From contig CM059432.1 of NCBI GenBank assembly GCA_030390025.1, forward strand, positions 9,672,001-9,736,000: a stretch of 64,000 nt of DNA, given 5' to 3'. Shown one piece after another: positions 37,491 to 50,894 of this stretch; the first letter of the stretch is position 1; each line of letters opens with the position of its first letter. Under the pieces are notes generated by a model, which saw only the letters and a list, made by a program, of their open reading frames with translations, did no database searches and had not been told where the DNA came from. A program made the translations under genes and the position numbers. The stretch comes from Squalus acanthias (lineage: Eukaryota).

Positions 37491-38036
37491 CTAGGATGAG
37501 GGTGAGTGTGAAGGGTGGCTAGTGAGATGGGGAAGTGATAATGTAGATAGAGAGGGATGGGTGGAGGTGCAAGGTAAGTTGGTGTGAGTAAGGATGTGCA
37601 GGAGTAGGGTAGGGAAGGCAGAGTGATGGGGATGTGATGAGTGGCACATGAGTGAGGTTGAGCGTGGCTTTGCAGTAACGTTCCGTGATCTACTGAGATC
37701 ATTGAAAGGTTTGCAGCACTGCAGCCTGGTCCTCCTGACCACATCCCTGCTTGTGTCCTCCTGTGCAATGTGCAACCAGGCTGTGTTGATCTCCTGGGGA
37801 GGTCTCTTCCGCCCATTGGAAGGGAAGAGAATCTTCCTGGGTGCTGTGACTCCCCCCATAAGCAGATGGAGGGAGTCATGGGAGAGCCTGGGTGCAGCCG
37901 TCCACCTTTGTGCAGTGCTTGTCAGTGCTTGCAGCACCTCAATGCTGTAGAACACTGACAGCAGAACTGTCAAAATCAATGTGGCCGTGGTCCCTTTAAG
38001 GAAACTGGCTGATGACGCGTCATCAAATGACGTCAC
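37491..38036 (-). pseudogene. Harbinger Myb/SANT-like protein remnant
   Basis: APRLSHDSLHLLMGGV...ILFPSNGRKRPP....AWLHIAQE...RRTRLQCCKPFNDL. Confidence 0.75.
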
Positions 38037-38639
38037 CAGACCCGCAGGGTGGGCTTAACAAGGCCAATCTACGGAAAACCCTTTTCACAGAGCAGCTGCA
38101 GCCAGGAGCGGGACTGGAACCCGCCAACCAGCTCTCCCGCCGCCATCCCGCCTCTGCTGGGAAAATCCTGCCCAAAGGATATTTAGATTGGGAGACAATT
38201 CAGTAGAATGCACTCCCTCTTAATTTCAAGTTGATAAGTTAGTATATCGAGGCTAAATGATCTCAGGAGGCGCGGTGATGAAATCAGAAGAGAGCAGGTG
38301 CTGGCAGCGGCCCATTGCTTCAAGTTAATGATGGGATGGAACATGAAGAGTTTCTCCTTGCAAACCAAACTCAGATTGCATGACTGTGTGGTAGTGAAAC
38401 ATGATGCCTTCGGGCAGCAGATGAATAAAGATTGCTAGTGGCAGGAATGTCATATCTAAGATGCATTGTAGTCATTTCTAGGCTCCAGAGGCTTAGAAAC
38501 GTCACAAGCAAGCTTCCACTGAGCGAAATGGTGGTGGCCCGCCTCAGTGACAGATGACTCAGATAGTTCAGCAGGCTAGGTGATGGCAGATTAGTGAAGA
38601 CTGTTTGTCATTCCTGAGTAGAAGCAACAAGACCAAGAG

Positions 38640-38850
38640 AAAGACAATTTGCATTTATACAGCGCCTTTCAAATAGTAAAACGTCCCAAGGCGCTTCACA
38701 GGAGCGTTAGCAAACAAAATTTGACACCGAGCCACATGAGGAGAGGAGAGGTAGGCTTTCAGGAGGAGAGAGAGGTAGAGAGGCGGAGAGGTTTAGGGAG
38801 GGAATTTCGAGAGCTTAGGACCTCGGCAGCTGAAGGCACGGCCGCCAATG
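38640..38850 (-). mobile_element. L2 3' fragment
   Basis: Homologous to 59500-59997. Confidence 0.7.
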
Positions 38851-39480
38851 GTGACGAAAATGCTGGTTAGACAGTATTAAAAATTATATTCGGGCCAAGC
38901 AACATTTATCTTTTATGCCATTTGTGCCGTTTCCCTGGGCGGTTATAGCGGGGGACCGGTAGAATCCCGGTGGAATTTCAGCGCCCTTCTATCTGATATT
39001 GTTTAATTTATACTTGATCCATCCATAGATCTGAAAGCAAAAAGGATGCGGCCTCAGCTCTGGCTTCTTTTCTTTTTGATAGCTGGTGAAAGAGTTTTAC
39101 TCATTCACAAAAGTAGACATGTGCGTCAACTATACTTCATTCAGTCACAAAAGAATGATAAGGGTCCCAGTTCATAATGGAAATCTACCACGTAATTTAT
39201 ATTAAGAAACAAGGCTACTGCACATTGTTCACAGCCTGAATGGTGATACAATGCCTGAGTATTGACCACAAGGTTGTTCATCCATCCACTAATCAAAAAG
39301 ATTGAGCATACATTTGCCACAGATCATTATGGTTGATTGAACCAGCATTAACGTATCTGAATGTAACAGTCTATTATCACCCTGCATGGAGGAACGTCAA
39401 GAGAGCAAAATAACATGAAGCTTGGAAGTAATCCTGGTTCCCTCTGCGATAATTTATGTTCAGCATTTCTATCCTGCTTG

Positions 39481-39985
39481 CTTCTTCTTTCGTATGATGG
39501 GAAAAGCTTATTATGGGATGTCTGGTTCGGCTGTCCATTCGATGGCCTTCTGAGATGCCGAGTGGAGAAATGAGGTGCCTCCCGCGACAGATCTCAGTGG
39601 GCAGGTTGATGTGATGTGTTCCACGGTCTGGGACTCACGGCCACAGTCACACTTCGGGGTCGTCCCTCATCTTCCACTTGTGGAGCAGGTGGGCGCATCG
39701 TCCGTGTCCTGTGTGGATTCGGTTGATGGCCGTCCACACTGTCTTCGAGGGAGGTCGAAGTCAGGGACCTCTGCTGTTGGGTCAGTGATGAGGTGTTGGT
39801 TCTTTTTGTTGCATGCGTCCCACGATTCCCTCCATCTGAATAGTGGGTCGATACCAGCTGCATGAATATTGGCTGCTGTTTCCCAGAATGGCCGGCGCAA
39901 TTTTAAGCGCTTTCGTGGTGGGTTTTTCAAGTCTTCGTGAACGGGAAGGTCAATGCTGCTCATGGTTTTTTCCATCTCATGGAGC
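39481..39985 (-). mobile_element. Vingi/Ingi-like (I-group) LINE 3' fragment
   Basis: LPVHEDL..PP..RLK.RRPFW...W...W...N..LITDPT...P.FDLPR then CDCG...QTVEHI...CP, ending in ATACGAAAGAAGAAG. The clade assignment is from recalled motifs. Confidence 0.65.
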
Positions 39986-40335
39986 ACGGTGTCATGCACT
40001 GCAGCAACTCACCAAGGCTTCTTCGGCAGCACCTCCCAAACCCACGACCTCTTCCACCTAGAAGGACAAGGGCAGCAGGCGCTTGGGAACACCATCACCT
40101 GCAAGTTCCCCTCCAAGTCGCACACCATCCTGACTTGGAAATATATCGCCGTTCCTTCATCATCGCTGGGTCAAAATCCTGGAACTCCCTACCAAACAGC
40201 ACTGTGGGAGTACCTTCACCACACAGACTGCAGCGGTTCAAGAAGGCGGCTCACCACCACCTTCTCAAGGGCAACTAGGGATGGGCAATAAATGCTGGCC
40301 TTGCCAGCAACGCCCACATCCCGGGAATGAATTAT
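39983..40335 (+). mobile_element. CR1-group LINE 3' end (same family as 412-908)
   Basis: ORF 39937..40278 MHCSNSPRLLRQHLP...SWNSLPN...LLKGN*. Confidence 0.75.
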
Positions 40336-40804
40336 AAAATAAATCCTGTCTGCCAGCCGCCGGAAGCCCCTGCCTCAAACAGGTGAAAGTTAAATTTAGA
40401 TAGACAAGACTGTCCCGCACACCTTTTTCTGCTATTCTGGCACGGTGGGATGTCAGAAGTAAATCGTTTGTCATAATAGCTCTCGTCTCCCGAGAGAAAG
40501 TAGGATGAGAAGGGAGAAAAGTGGAAAGTCATCACAAAACTGTAACTGGCAACTAATCTCCCACCACCCCATCTCGGAGACCCTCTACTGCCTCCCTACT
40601 CAGAATCTGTAACATCTCCTCTTCATGGCTTTAAGAGGCCTGAGCTTTGTTGTGGGGGGTGGGTAAGGGATGGGGGGAGAATCCTCCTGTTACTGCTCGC
40701 TCTTATGGGTTGTCTTCTCCTTGGAAAAAGAATGCAAAAAGTGGGAATCATGTCATGTTCCTGTGACAGTCAGTAAAACGCTAGTGGCACGCATAATGGG
40801 ACTT

Positions 40805-41282
40805 AGGAAGATGAGGAGGCCATTCGGCCGCTCGAGCCTGCTCTGCCATTCAATTAGATCATGGCTGATCTGTATCTAAACTCCATCTACCTGCCTTGCT
40901 TCCATAACCCTTAATATCCTTAGTTAACAAAAATCTATCAATCTCAGTTTTGAATTTTCAATTGACCCCCAGCCTCAACAGCTTTTTGGGGGAGAGGGTT
41001 CCAGATTTCCACTCCCCTTTGTGTGAAGAAGTGCTTCCTGACATCACCCCTGAATGGCCTGGCTCTAATGTTAATGTTGTACCCCCTTGTTCTGGACACC
41101 CCCAGCAGAGGAAATAGTTTCTCTCCATCTACCCTATCAAATCCTTTAATCGTCTTAAACAGTTCAATTAGATCACCTCTTAATCTTCTCTACTCAACGG
41201 AATACAAGCCTAGTCTATGCAACCAGTCATCATAGTTTAACCCTTTTAGACTCGGTATTGTTCTGGTGAAATTGTGCTGCAT
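40805..41282 (-). mobile_element. CR1 3' fragment
   Basis: Reverse strand reads RLRGDLIE...FFTQR.VE.WN.LP. Confidence 0.8.
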
Positions 41283-42506
41283 TTGGTGCAGGTTCTGGCA
41301 CTAATGCGAATGAAGTGAGAATAGGGCATTCCTGTCCTCCTACTTTGATCTTCTACAGGATCCCTAGCAGATCAAACCTGCAAAGGGGCACCCAGACAAA
41401 CACGGAACTATGACCTGCCCACAAATCCTCGCCAATGGGACAGTCAGCGTGGATCTTGGGAGCGCGCTCAAATACTTAAAGGTAAGATTCTTTTTTACTG
41501 TCTAAATGCACCCCAGGATTTCCAGCTCCAATCGGGACCTTCTGACTGCTGATCTTCATCAACAGCCAGAGGATCCCAATCACGGAGGGATGATATGCAG
41601 ACGCTTAACTGCAGCTACACTGAGATGGGCTGTCTCGTCACTCAGCGCTAGGCCCTGCCACAGGGCGAGGCCTGTTCCAGGGCCTCCCAGAGGCCACGTT
41701 AAGGCGCAGGACAGGAAATCCCTTCCATCATCTGCAACACCTCAATTAGATCACCCCTCAATCTTCTGTACTCGAGGGAATACAAGCCCAGTCTGTGCAA
41801 CCTGTCCTCATTTAGTCCCAGTATCGATTTGGTGAATGAGCGCTGCAGTATAGAATCATAGAAATTTAGGGCACAGAAGGAGGCCATTCGGCCCATCGTG
41901 TCTGCGCCAGTAGGTGCAGGTTCTGGCACCGATGCTTAATGAGTGAGGATGGGGCATTCTTGTCGTCTTGAATTGATTTTCTGCTGGATCGCTCGCTGCT
42001 CAAGCCCCCACCCCCCACAGGGGCACTCAGACAAAGTCTAACACCAGGGTGGAGATGGGAGCAGGGAAACCTACCCTCAAGAAGCAAGGGCTTGGAAGAG
42101 TGACTGAAAGAAGCATGACTGAGGGGTCTGCAGCTGGGCCCAAATCCCTCAAGTTCTTAGACATCCCCACGGAGGTTGATTGGGCCAAATAATGAAATGC
42201 AGACAGCAAATCCTTGGGACTGAGGTTAGGAAATGGTACAGGCCCAGTTGAAGGAGTTGGCCTTGAGAATTGGTGTCAGTGCCACAAAGCCCTGTCCAGC
42301 AATTCAGTGGCAGAAGAAGTTCAAGGAGATTCAAACACAGAAGTGCCTGTCGACAATGGGTACGCACATTGCACTCCCCTCCCGCATCCCCTGATGGCCG
42401 ATCATTGCCTGGACAGGTAAGTTCATTGCAGCACTCAGAGGGTTAATGTTTCGTTCCATTCTGTAAGCTTTACTTCTCCAAAAGAAGTCCTGCCTCCTAC
42501 CTCTAA

Positions 42507-43570
42507 AAGAAAGACTTGTATTTATATAGCACCTTTCACGACCACCAGACGTCCCAAAGCGCTTTACAGCCGATGAAGTACTTCTTGAAGTGTCGTCACT
42601 GTTGTAATGTAGGAAACACGGCAGCCGATTTGCACACAGCAAGCTCCCACAAACAACAATGTGATAATGACCAGATAATTCATTTTAGTGATGATGATTG
42701 AGGGTTAAATATTGGCCCCAGGACACCGGGGAGAACTCCCCTGCTCTTCTTCGAAATACTGCCATGGGATCTTTTCCATAAGAACATAAGAAATAGGAGC
42801 AGGAGTCGGCCATTCGGCCCCTCGAGCCTGCTCTGCCATTCAATAAGATCATGGCTGATCTTCTACCTCATCTCCACTTTCCTGCACTATCCCCATATCC
42901 CTTGATTCCCTTAATATCCAAAAATCTATCGATCTCTGTCTTGAATATACTCAACGACTGAGCCTCCACAGCCCTCAGGGGTAGAGAATTCCAAAGATTC
43001 ACCACCCTCTGAGTGAAGAAATTTCTCCTCATCTCAGTCCTAAATGGCCGACCTCTTATTCTGAAACTGTGACCCCTGGTTCTAGACTCCCCAGCCAGGG
43101 GAAACATCCTCCCTGCATCTACCCTGTCAAGCCTTGTAAGAATTTTGTATGTTTCAATGAGATCACCTCTCATTCTTCTAAACTCTAGAGAATACAAGCC
43201 TAGTCTACTCAATCTCTCCTCATAGGACAAAGCCCCCATCCCAGGAACCAGTCTGGTGAACCTTCGTTGCACTCCCTCTGTGGCAAGTATATCCTTCCTT
43301 AGGTAAGGAGACCAAAACTGTACACAATACTCCAGGTGTGGTCTCACCAGGGCCCTATATAATTGCAGTAAGACGTCTTTACTCTTATGCTCTTTTACGT
43401 CCACCTGAGAGAGCAAACTGAGCCTTGGTTTAACGTCTCATCCGAAAGACAGCACCTCCGGCAGTGCAGCGCTCCCTCGGTACTGCACTGGAGATTCAGC
43501 CGAAGCTTTTGTGCTCAAGTCTCTGGAGCAGGACTTCAGCCTACGACTATCACTGAATCACGGCTAACAC
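42507..43570 (-). mobile_element. SacSINE1 (42507-42776 and 43392-43570) interrupted by CR1 42777-43388
   Basis: The SINE halves join at gggatctttt|ttttacgtccacc. The nested CR1 gives ORF 42868..43416. Confidence 0.88.
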
Positions 43571-44269
43571 CATGTTTTGTTCCCATCAGGAAATAAAGTT
43601 CCTGCAACCCTAAATTATTTCACTATTATGTTCTTCCTCAATTCTTAATTACGCGAATATGTTTATTCAGTTTCAATTCTTCGTTGTTTTAATTCTTGCG
43701 TGATAACTGGCAATTCTCTCCAGTGCACGCATTTTCTAATCTTGAAACCATTGATCCCAGTTCATGCAGTGAGCTTTGCGTTGCCAGCATTGAATAAATG
43801 CTTCAAACATTTAATTATAATAACCCGTACAAAATTGTGCTTCATAATGATGTTAAACTGAAACCGCTGCCTAATTAATTGTACTAATTATAACAATAAA
43901 AAATGTAATTAATAGAAATCAGCTAATGAGCACTTCGGGGAAGATCTTTGTCGATTATTTTCAGTGACTCCAAGCCAAAGAAGCCTAATGCAATAAATTT
44001 AACTATCAAATTGGAAGCGAGAATAAGGGATGCTAACATTAGGGATCTTCAGCAAAATATCAAAAGCAAAATACTGGAAATCTGAAACGCTAACTCTGTT
44101 TCTCTCTCCACAGATGCTGCCTGACTTGCTGAGTATTTCCAGCATTTTCTGTTTTTACTTCAGCAAAATATCTCCAGGTTGTCTTTAACAGAACAATGGG
44201 TTTAATTTTTCCCCATCTCTTGCACTACTTGCTGCTTATTTGTTGCTTATTCTAAAAGTCTTGATTCAG

Positions 44270-45240
44270 TGCCGGATCATCCTGGAGTGCAAAGATACTC
44301 CCTGGCTTCTCTTCTCCACTACCAACCGTCTTCTCAGACCCCTCTCCCCTGCCCTCTACACCCTCGCCTCCCTCAAGTGTGAGGTGCTCATGGACTTCTT
44401 TGTCACGAAGATTGAGACCGTCCCTTCAGCTGTCGCTGTCGCATCCCTCCCGTCCCCTAACCCATCAAGCCAAACTTTCCCCAGGGTTCTTCCCCTGCCC
44501 TAGCCCTGAACTTGCATCTTTCTTTAATTTCTCTCGTATCTTCTCTCATGACTTCTCATGAGACCCACCTCCTGCTCCCTCAACCCTATTCCCACTAAAC
44601 TGCTGACCAGCCAACTTCTCTTCCTGGCCCCCATGCGAGCTGATATTGTTACCTATTCCCTCTCCTCTGGTACAGTCGACCTTTCCTTGCAATCCTTCTA
44701 ACATCACAGCCCCACCTCAAAAAACCCACCCTTGACCCCTCTGCCCTTGCAAATTGCCACCCCCATCTCCAATCTCCCTTTCCTATCCAAACTCCTGGAA
44801 TGTGTTGTCGACTCCCAAATCCGTGACTATCTTTCCCGCAACTCCATGTTTGAACCTCTCCAATTAGGTTTCCACCCCTGCCACAGTACTGAAACAGCCC
44901 TTATCAACGTCACAAATGACATCCTATGTGATTGTGACCATGGTGCATGATCCCTCCGCAACCTCCTTGACCTGTCTGCAGCCTTTGACACGGTTGACCC
45001 CACCATCCTCCTCCAACCTCTCTCCTCCGTTGTTCAGCTGAGCGGAACTGCCCTCACCTGGTTTCATTCTTACCTATGCAGTTGTATCCAGAGAATCTCC
45101 TGCAATGGGTTACCTTCCCGCATCCGCATCATTACCTCTGGAGTCTCTCAAGGATCTCTCCTCGGCCCCCTTCTATTTCTCATTAACACGGCGCTCCTCG
45201 GTCACATCATCCAAAAACACATCATCAGATTCCACACAGG
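44270..45240 (+). mobile_element. L2 LINE internal RT fragment, degenerate
   Basis: PISNLPFLSKLLECVV...GFHPCHSTETALINVTNDIL...LLDLSAAFDTVD are L2 RT motifs. Confidence 0.88.
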
Positions 45241-45319
45241 CACCCGTGGTCACATAAACCTAGCAATAATCATCTGTACCTGCAGTATCCAGTGGTCAAT
45301 TCAACCCATTGACCTACAG

Positions 45320-48300
45320 TTAGGGGAGTAGACAGGCAATTCTGCGGTCACAGACGTGACTCCAGGATGGTATGTTGCCTCCCTGGTGCCAGGGTCAAGG
45401 ATGTCACCGAGCGGCTGCAGAACATTCTGAGGGGGGAGGGTGAACAGCCAGAGGTCATGGTCCATATCGGTACCAATGACATAGGTAGAAAGAGGGATGA
45501 GGTCCTGCAGGCAGATTTCAGGGAGCTAAGAAAGAGATTAAAAAGCAGGACCTCAAAGGTAGTAATCTCCGGATTACTCCCAGTGCCACGCGCTCGTGAG
45601 TATAGAAATAGGAGGATAGTGCAGATGAATGCGTGGCTGGAGAGATGGTGCAGGAGGGAGGGCTTTAGATTCCTGGGGCATTGGACCGGTTCTGGGGAAG
45701 GTGGGACCTGTACAGGCCGGACGGGTTGCACCTCAACATGGCCGGAACCAATATCCTCGCAGAGAGGTTTGCTAGTGCTGTTGGGGAGGGTTTAAACTAA
45801 TTTGGCAGGGAGATGGGCACCAGGATGTAACATTAGAAAGGGGAAATAAAGTGCTCAAAGGATTGAGAGAGGCAGAGGCACTAAAGTAAGAAATTGTAAG
45901 TTATTAGGTGGGGTCAAACTAAGAGAGAGTTACAGGATGGTCTAAGATGGGTTTACAGTGTATGTATGTGAACGCACGAAGCGTAGTAAACAAAGTTGGT
46001 GATCTGCAGGCACAAATAGCCACATGAGAAGGTGATGTTGTGGTCTGGCTCAAAAAATGGCAGGATTGGGTATTAAACATTCCTGGATATAAAGTGTTCA
46101 GGAAAGATAGAGAAGAAAAGATAGGAGGTGGTATGGCAGTATTGGTCAAGGAGAATGTTACAGTGCTGGAGAGGGATGATGTCCTGGAGTGGTCAAGGAC
46201 AGAACCTATATGGCTAGAGTTAAGAAATAATAGAGGTGCCATTACACTACTAGGTGTATTCTATAGGCCACCAAATAGTGGGAAAGCTATGGAGGAGCAA
46301 ATTTGCAGCGAAATTACAGAGACGTGCAAGAATTATAGAGTAGTGATAATGGGGGACTTCAACTATCCTAATATAGACTGGGATCATAATAGTGTTAAGG
46401 GCAGAGAGGGCGAAGAATTTCTGAAGTGTGTTCAGGAGAACTTTCTTGATCAGTACGTTTCCGGCCCGACGAGGAAGTAGGCATTGCTGGATCTGGTTCT
46501 GGGGAATCAGGTGGGTCAAGTGGAGCAAGTGTCAGTAGGGGAACATTTAGGGAACAGGGATCATAGTATCATAAGGTTTAGATTAGCTATGGAAAAGGGC
46601 AGGGAGCAATCTAGAGTAAAAATGTTTAACTGGAGGAAGGCCAATTTCAGTGGGTTGAGAATGGATCTGGCCCGGGTAAACTGGAATCAAAGATTGGCAG
46701 GCAAAACTGTAATGGAACAATGGGCTGCCTTTAAAGAGGAAATAGTTCGGGTACAGTCGAGGTACATTCCCACTAGTGGGAAAGGCAGAGCAACTAAAGT
46801 CAGGGCTCCCTGGATGATGAAAGAGATAGAGAATATGATGAAGCAGAAAAAGAGCGTGTATGACAAATGTCAGGTTGCAAATACATCTGAGAATCAGGCT
46901 ATATTTAGAAAGGTCAGAGAAGTGAAAAAGAAAATAAGAGGGGCAAAGAAAGGGTATGAGAATAAAATGGCAGCCAACCTAAAAGGTAATCCAAAGTCTT
47001 CTATAGACATATAAATAGTAAAAGGGTAGTAAGAGGAGGGGTGGGGCCGATTCGGGACCAAAAAGGAGACCTATGCATGGAGGCAGAGGGTATGGCTGAG
47101 GTACTAAATGAGTACTTTGCATCTGTCTTCACCAAGGAAGAAGATGCTGCCATAGACATAGTGAAGGAGAAGGTAGTGGAGATACTGGATGGGATAAAAA
47201 TTGATAAAGACGAGGCATTAGAAAGGCTGGCTGTACTTAAAGTAGATAAATCACCAGGAGTGGATGGGATGCATCCTAGGATGCTGAAGGAATTGAGGGA
47301 GTAAATCGTGGAGGTACTAGCCATAATCTTCCAATCCTCCTTAGAAATGGGGGTGGTGCCAGAGGACTGGAGAATTGGAAATGTTACACCCTTGTTCAAA
47401 AAAGGGTGTAAAGATAAACCCAGCAACTACAGGCCTGTCAGTTTGACCTCGGTAGTGGGGAAGCTTTTGAAAACAGTAATCAGGGACAAAATTAACAGTC
47501 ACTTGGACAAGTGTGGACTAATTAAGGAAAGCCAGCATGGATTTGTTAAAGGCAAATTGTGTTTAACTAACTTGATTGAGTTATTTGATGAGGTAACAGA
47601 GAGGGTTGATGAGGGTAATGCAGTTGACGTGGTGTACATGGATTTCCAAAAGGCGTTCGACAAAGTGCAACATAATAGGCAAATTGAAGCCCAAGGAATA
47701 AAAGGGACAGTGCAGCATGGATATGGAATTGGTTAAGTGATAGGAAATATAGCGTACTGGAGGAAGGTATACAGTGATGTTCTAGGACCACTGCTTTTCT
47801 TGATATATATTAATGACTTGGACTTGGGTGTACAGGGCACAATTTCAAAAATTTGCAGATGACACAAAACTTGGAAGTATAGTGAACAGTGAGGAGGATA
47901 GTAATAGACTTCAAGAGGACCTAGACAGGCTGGTGGAATGGGCAGACACGTGGCAGATGAAATTTAATGCAGAAAAATGTAAAGTGATACATTTTGGTAG
48001 AAAGAATGAGGAGAGGACATATAAACTAAAGGGTATAATCCTGAAGAGGGTGCACGAACAGAGAGACCTGGGGGTATGTGTGCACAAATTGTGGCAGGGC
48101 AGGTTGAGATAGCTGTTAAAAAGGCATACGGGATCCTGAGCTTCATAAATAGAGGTATAGAGTACAAAAGTGTGGAAATTATGATGAACGTGTATAAAAC
48201 AATGGTTCGGCCCCAACTGGAGTACTGTGTCCAATTCTAGGCACCACACTTTAGGAAGGATGTGAAGGCCTTAGAGAGGGTGCAGAAAAGATTTACGAGA

Positions 48301-48757
48301 ATGGTTCCAGGAATGAGGGACTTCAGTTACGTGGATAGACTGGAGAAGCTGGGGTTGTTCTCCTTGGAGCAGAGAAGATTGAGAGGAGATTTGATAGAGG
48401 TGATCAAAATCATGAGGGGTCTGGACAGAGTAGACAGAGATAAACTGTTACCATTGGCAGAAGGGTCGAGAACCAGAGGACACAGATTTAAGGTGATTGG
48501 CAAAAAAATCAAAGGCGATGTAAGAAAAAACCTTTTTACGCAGCGAGTGGTTATGATCTGGAATGCACTGCATGAGAGGGTGGTGGAGGCAGATTCGAAC
48601 ACGGCTTTCAAAAGGGAATTGGATAAGTATCTGAAGGAATGAAATTTGCAGGGCTACGGGGAAAGGGCGGGGGAGTGGGACTAGCTGAAGTGCTCTTGCA
48701 GAGAGCCAGCACGGGCTAGACAGGCCGAATGGCCTCCTTCTGTGCTGTCACCATTCT
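45320..48757 (+). mobile_element. Near full-length CR1 LINE: ORF1 SGNH-esterase C-terminal part plus disrupted ORF2 (APE endonuclease and RT)
   Basis: ORF1 VCCLPGARVKDV...VHIGTND, endonuclease GVFYRPP/IMGDFNYP/LDLVL/DH, RT NYRPVSLTS, DFQKAFDKV and FADDTKL. Multiple stops and frameshifts. Confidence 0.95.
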
Positions 48758-49889
48758 CTAATTAGGGATGGGTAATAAATGCTGGCCTTACCAGCGATGC
48801 CCACATCCCAGGAACAAATATAAAAAAGATCTGTTTCTCCTGCTGCTGCTGCTGCTGCAATTAGTTTAAATTCAGTTGAAATTACTTTAAATTCAAGTCA
48901 ATTGATCTGCCCTTGGTCCATAAGACCCGTGACCAGTAGTCAATGGAAGCCACACAGGTGTGTCCTGCTCTGCTGCAATAATTAGTTCATTGAAGACAGC
49001 ACTGATCAGCAGTCAATTGAGGCCAATTGAAAAATAGGACCAAGAGCATTAAATCGGTTGATTGATTTGCCCTGCTCTCCCACAGATCAATTGGTTTAAA
49101 AAGTTGAAGAATGGCTCATCTCATCTCGCAATCCCACCCCTCTTTGTGATGCTGGAGGATGTCTTCTTGCAGTCACGAATCGATTCAGTTGCTTGATTGC
49201 GCTGATTCGCGGGAGATTTTGCGTTTGGGCTTACGCTAATGAGTTTGCGCTGAAACTTCGGTGTGACTTCACCGCGGCAGAAACGCCGCAGTGTCCAGCG
49301 CATTCCCGGCGCATATCGACCACTGCAGCCCGAGCGGAAACCCTACACCAGCATAGTGCCTGCAATTGACCAAACTTTACTCTTCTAGAAATTCTGCTCA
49401 TTTCTTTAGAGTGGAAGTCTGACATACTGGGAGTGGAATAGCAGGAAACTGGGGATGAAACTTCAAGATTTCTGTCCCTTGCTCAACCCCAAGACAACTG
49501 GATGAGGGATCAGATCAGGAGAGTAGTTCTGCGAAGTGGAGTGGTTAGAGTGGAAGAATAGCATTTGTGAACTACAGGCATGTTGGAGGAGGAGAATGTC
49601 TCTAAATTGGGGGTAGATTAGAGAGGAAGAATGCCTTTGTCAACAGTAGGGGTTCAGGAGGGGATATGGGGTCTGAGTGGAAGGGGTTGGAGGGGGACCA
49701 TGCCTCTGAATTGCGGAGGGGTTAGGGGAAGAGTGCCTCTGTGAATGAGGGAGGCTAGAGAGAGAAACCGTGTCAGTAAGGGAGAAGAGGGTTTTTGCAA
49801 AGGGGAGGGGGGAGAAGGGCTGTTTAGGTAACTTTTGGAGAATTAACAGACTGGTTAGTCTACTGAGTATAGAGAAACCCAAGGGGCAC

Positions 49890-50330
49890 TTTAGAGCCTT
49901 CTGGACACAACATCGAGTTCAACAATTTCAGACCATAACCTCTACCCCTATTTTTTCAGACGGCAGCTGTTGCTGATGATTCTGCTATTCCCATTTACAC
50001 CTCTTCTAGACCCATCTTTTGTTTCTTTACTTGTCCCATTACCATCTCCCTTTGCTTTGTACAATCATACCTTTTGTCATTTAATCTCTCCTGCTTTCCA
50101 CCCTATCACAGAACTTCCCTTTTGTTCTTTCCTTCCCTCCCCCTTTCCCTGCCCCCACACTTGCTTAAAACCTGTTACAACTCCAACTTTTTCCAGTTCT
50201 GACGAAGGGTCATCGACCTGAAACGTTGACTCTGTTTCTCTCTCCACAGATGCTGCCTGACCTGCTGAGTATTTCCAGCATTTCCTGTTTCTATTTCAGA
50301 TTTCCAGCATCCGCAGTATTTTGCTTTTGC
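49890..50330 (+). mobile_element. Penelope-like element 3' end
   Basis: Degenerate PSG.NIEFNNFR*, pyrimidine tract, hammerhead motif and the same terminus as 27505-27975. Confidence 0.78.
50195..50231 (+). ncRNA. Minimal type I hammerhead ribozyme motif
   Basis: AGTT-CTGACGA-AGGGTC-ATC-GACCT-GAAAC-GTT-GACT. Confidence 0.72.
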
Positions 50331-50894
50331 ATTTATTATTCCAATTTTTTTGGATTAATAATCTATCAATTGTGAACTAAAGAGGTGTTTAAAAATAAAC
50401 CAGAATGCACCTTTTTTTTTAAAGTAAAAATTAAAGCACGTCGATCAGATGGTGCTCAACCTCCTATACTCGAGGGTGCACAAGCCAAATTTATGCAAAC
50501 TGTCTCATAATTTAACCCGCTAACCCCCGGCATTATTCTGGTGAATCTGCGCTGCACCCCCTCCAAGGCCAAGGTAAACCGCCGGGTAGTATTGGAAAAC
50601 CACAAATAAATGGTTAAGCACACCACCAAGAGTGGTGGTGGTGCAAGAAGATGTAGCACAGTTTGGTGGGATGGGCAGATTCAGTCTCCTAATTCCCCGC
50701 AAAATGAGTTCATAGTCTTGGTTAACATGCTGTGCCAGGACAGAAAAGCACTAACATGGAGGTTAGGTATTCTCTCCATGAACAAAGAGTTAAGAGCAGG
50801 TTTTCTAATATTCACCCTCTAGTAATCAGAAGACGTTCGGGGTGGGGGGGGGGGGGGGGGGGGCGGGTAGTGCCCTGATACAGAGCAAGAAAGC

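Larger units (their letters stand above)
35762..38173. mobile_element. Internally deleted PIF/Harbinger transposon, family A (second copy, with nested MITE)
   Basis: TIRs GGCCATGATTTTGCC / GGGAAAATCCTGCCC, TSD AAA, colinear with 19446-21221. Confidence 0.85.

Noticed and set aside
45367..45795. SGNH esterase as a standalone or horizontally acquired gene
   Set aside because: An esterase domain is a known part of CR1 ORF1, and it lies directly upstream of ORF2.
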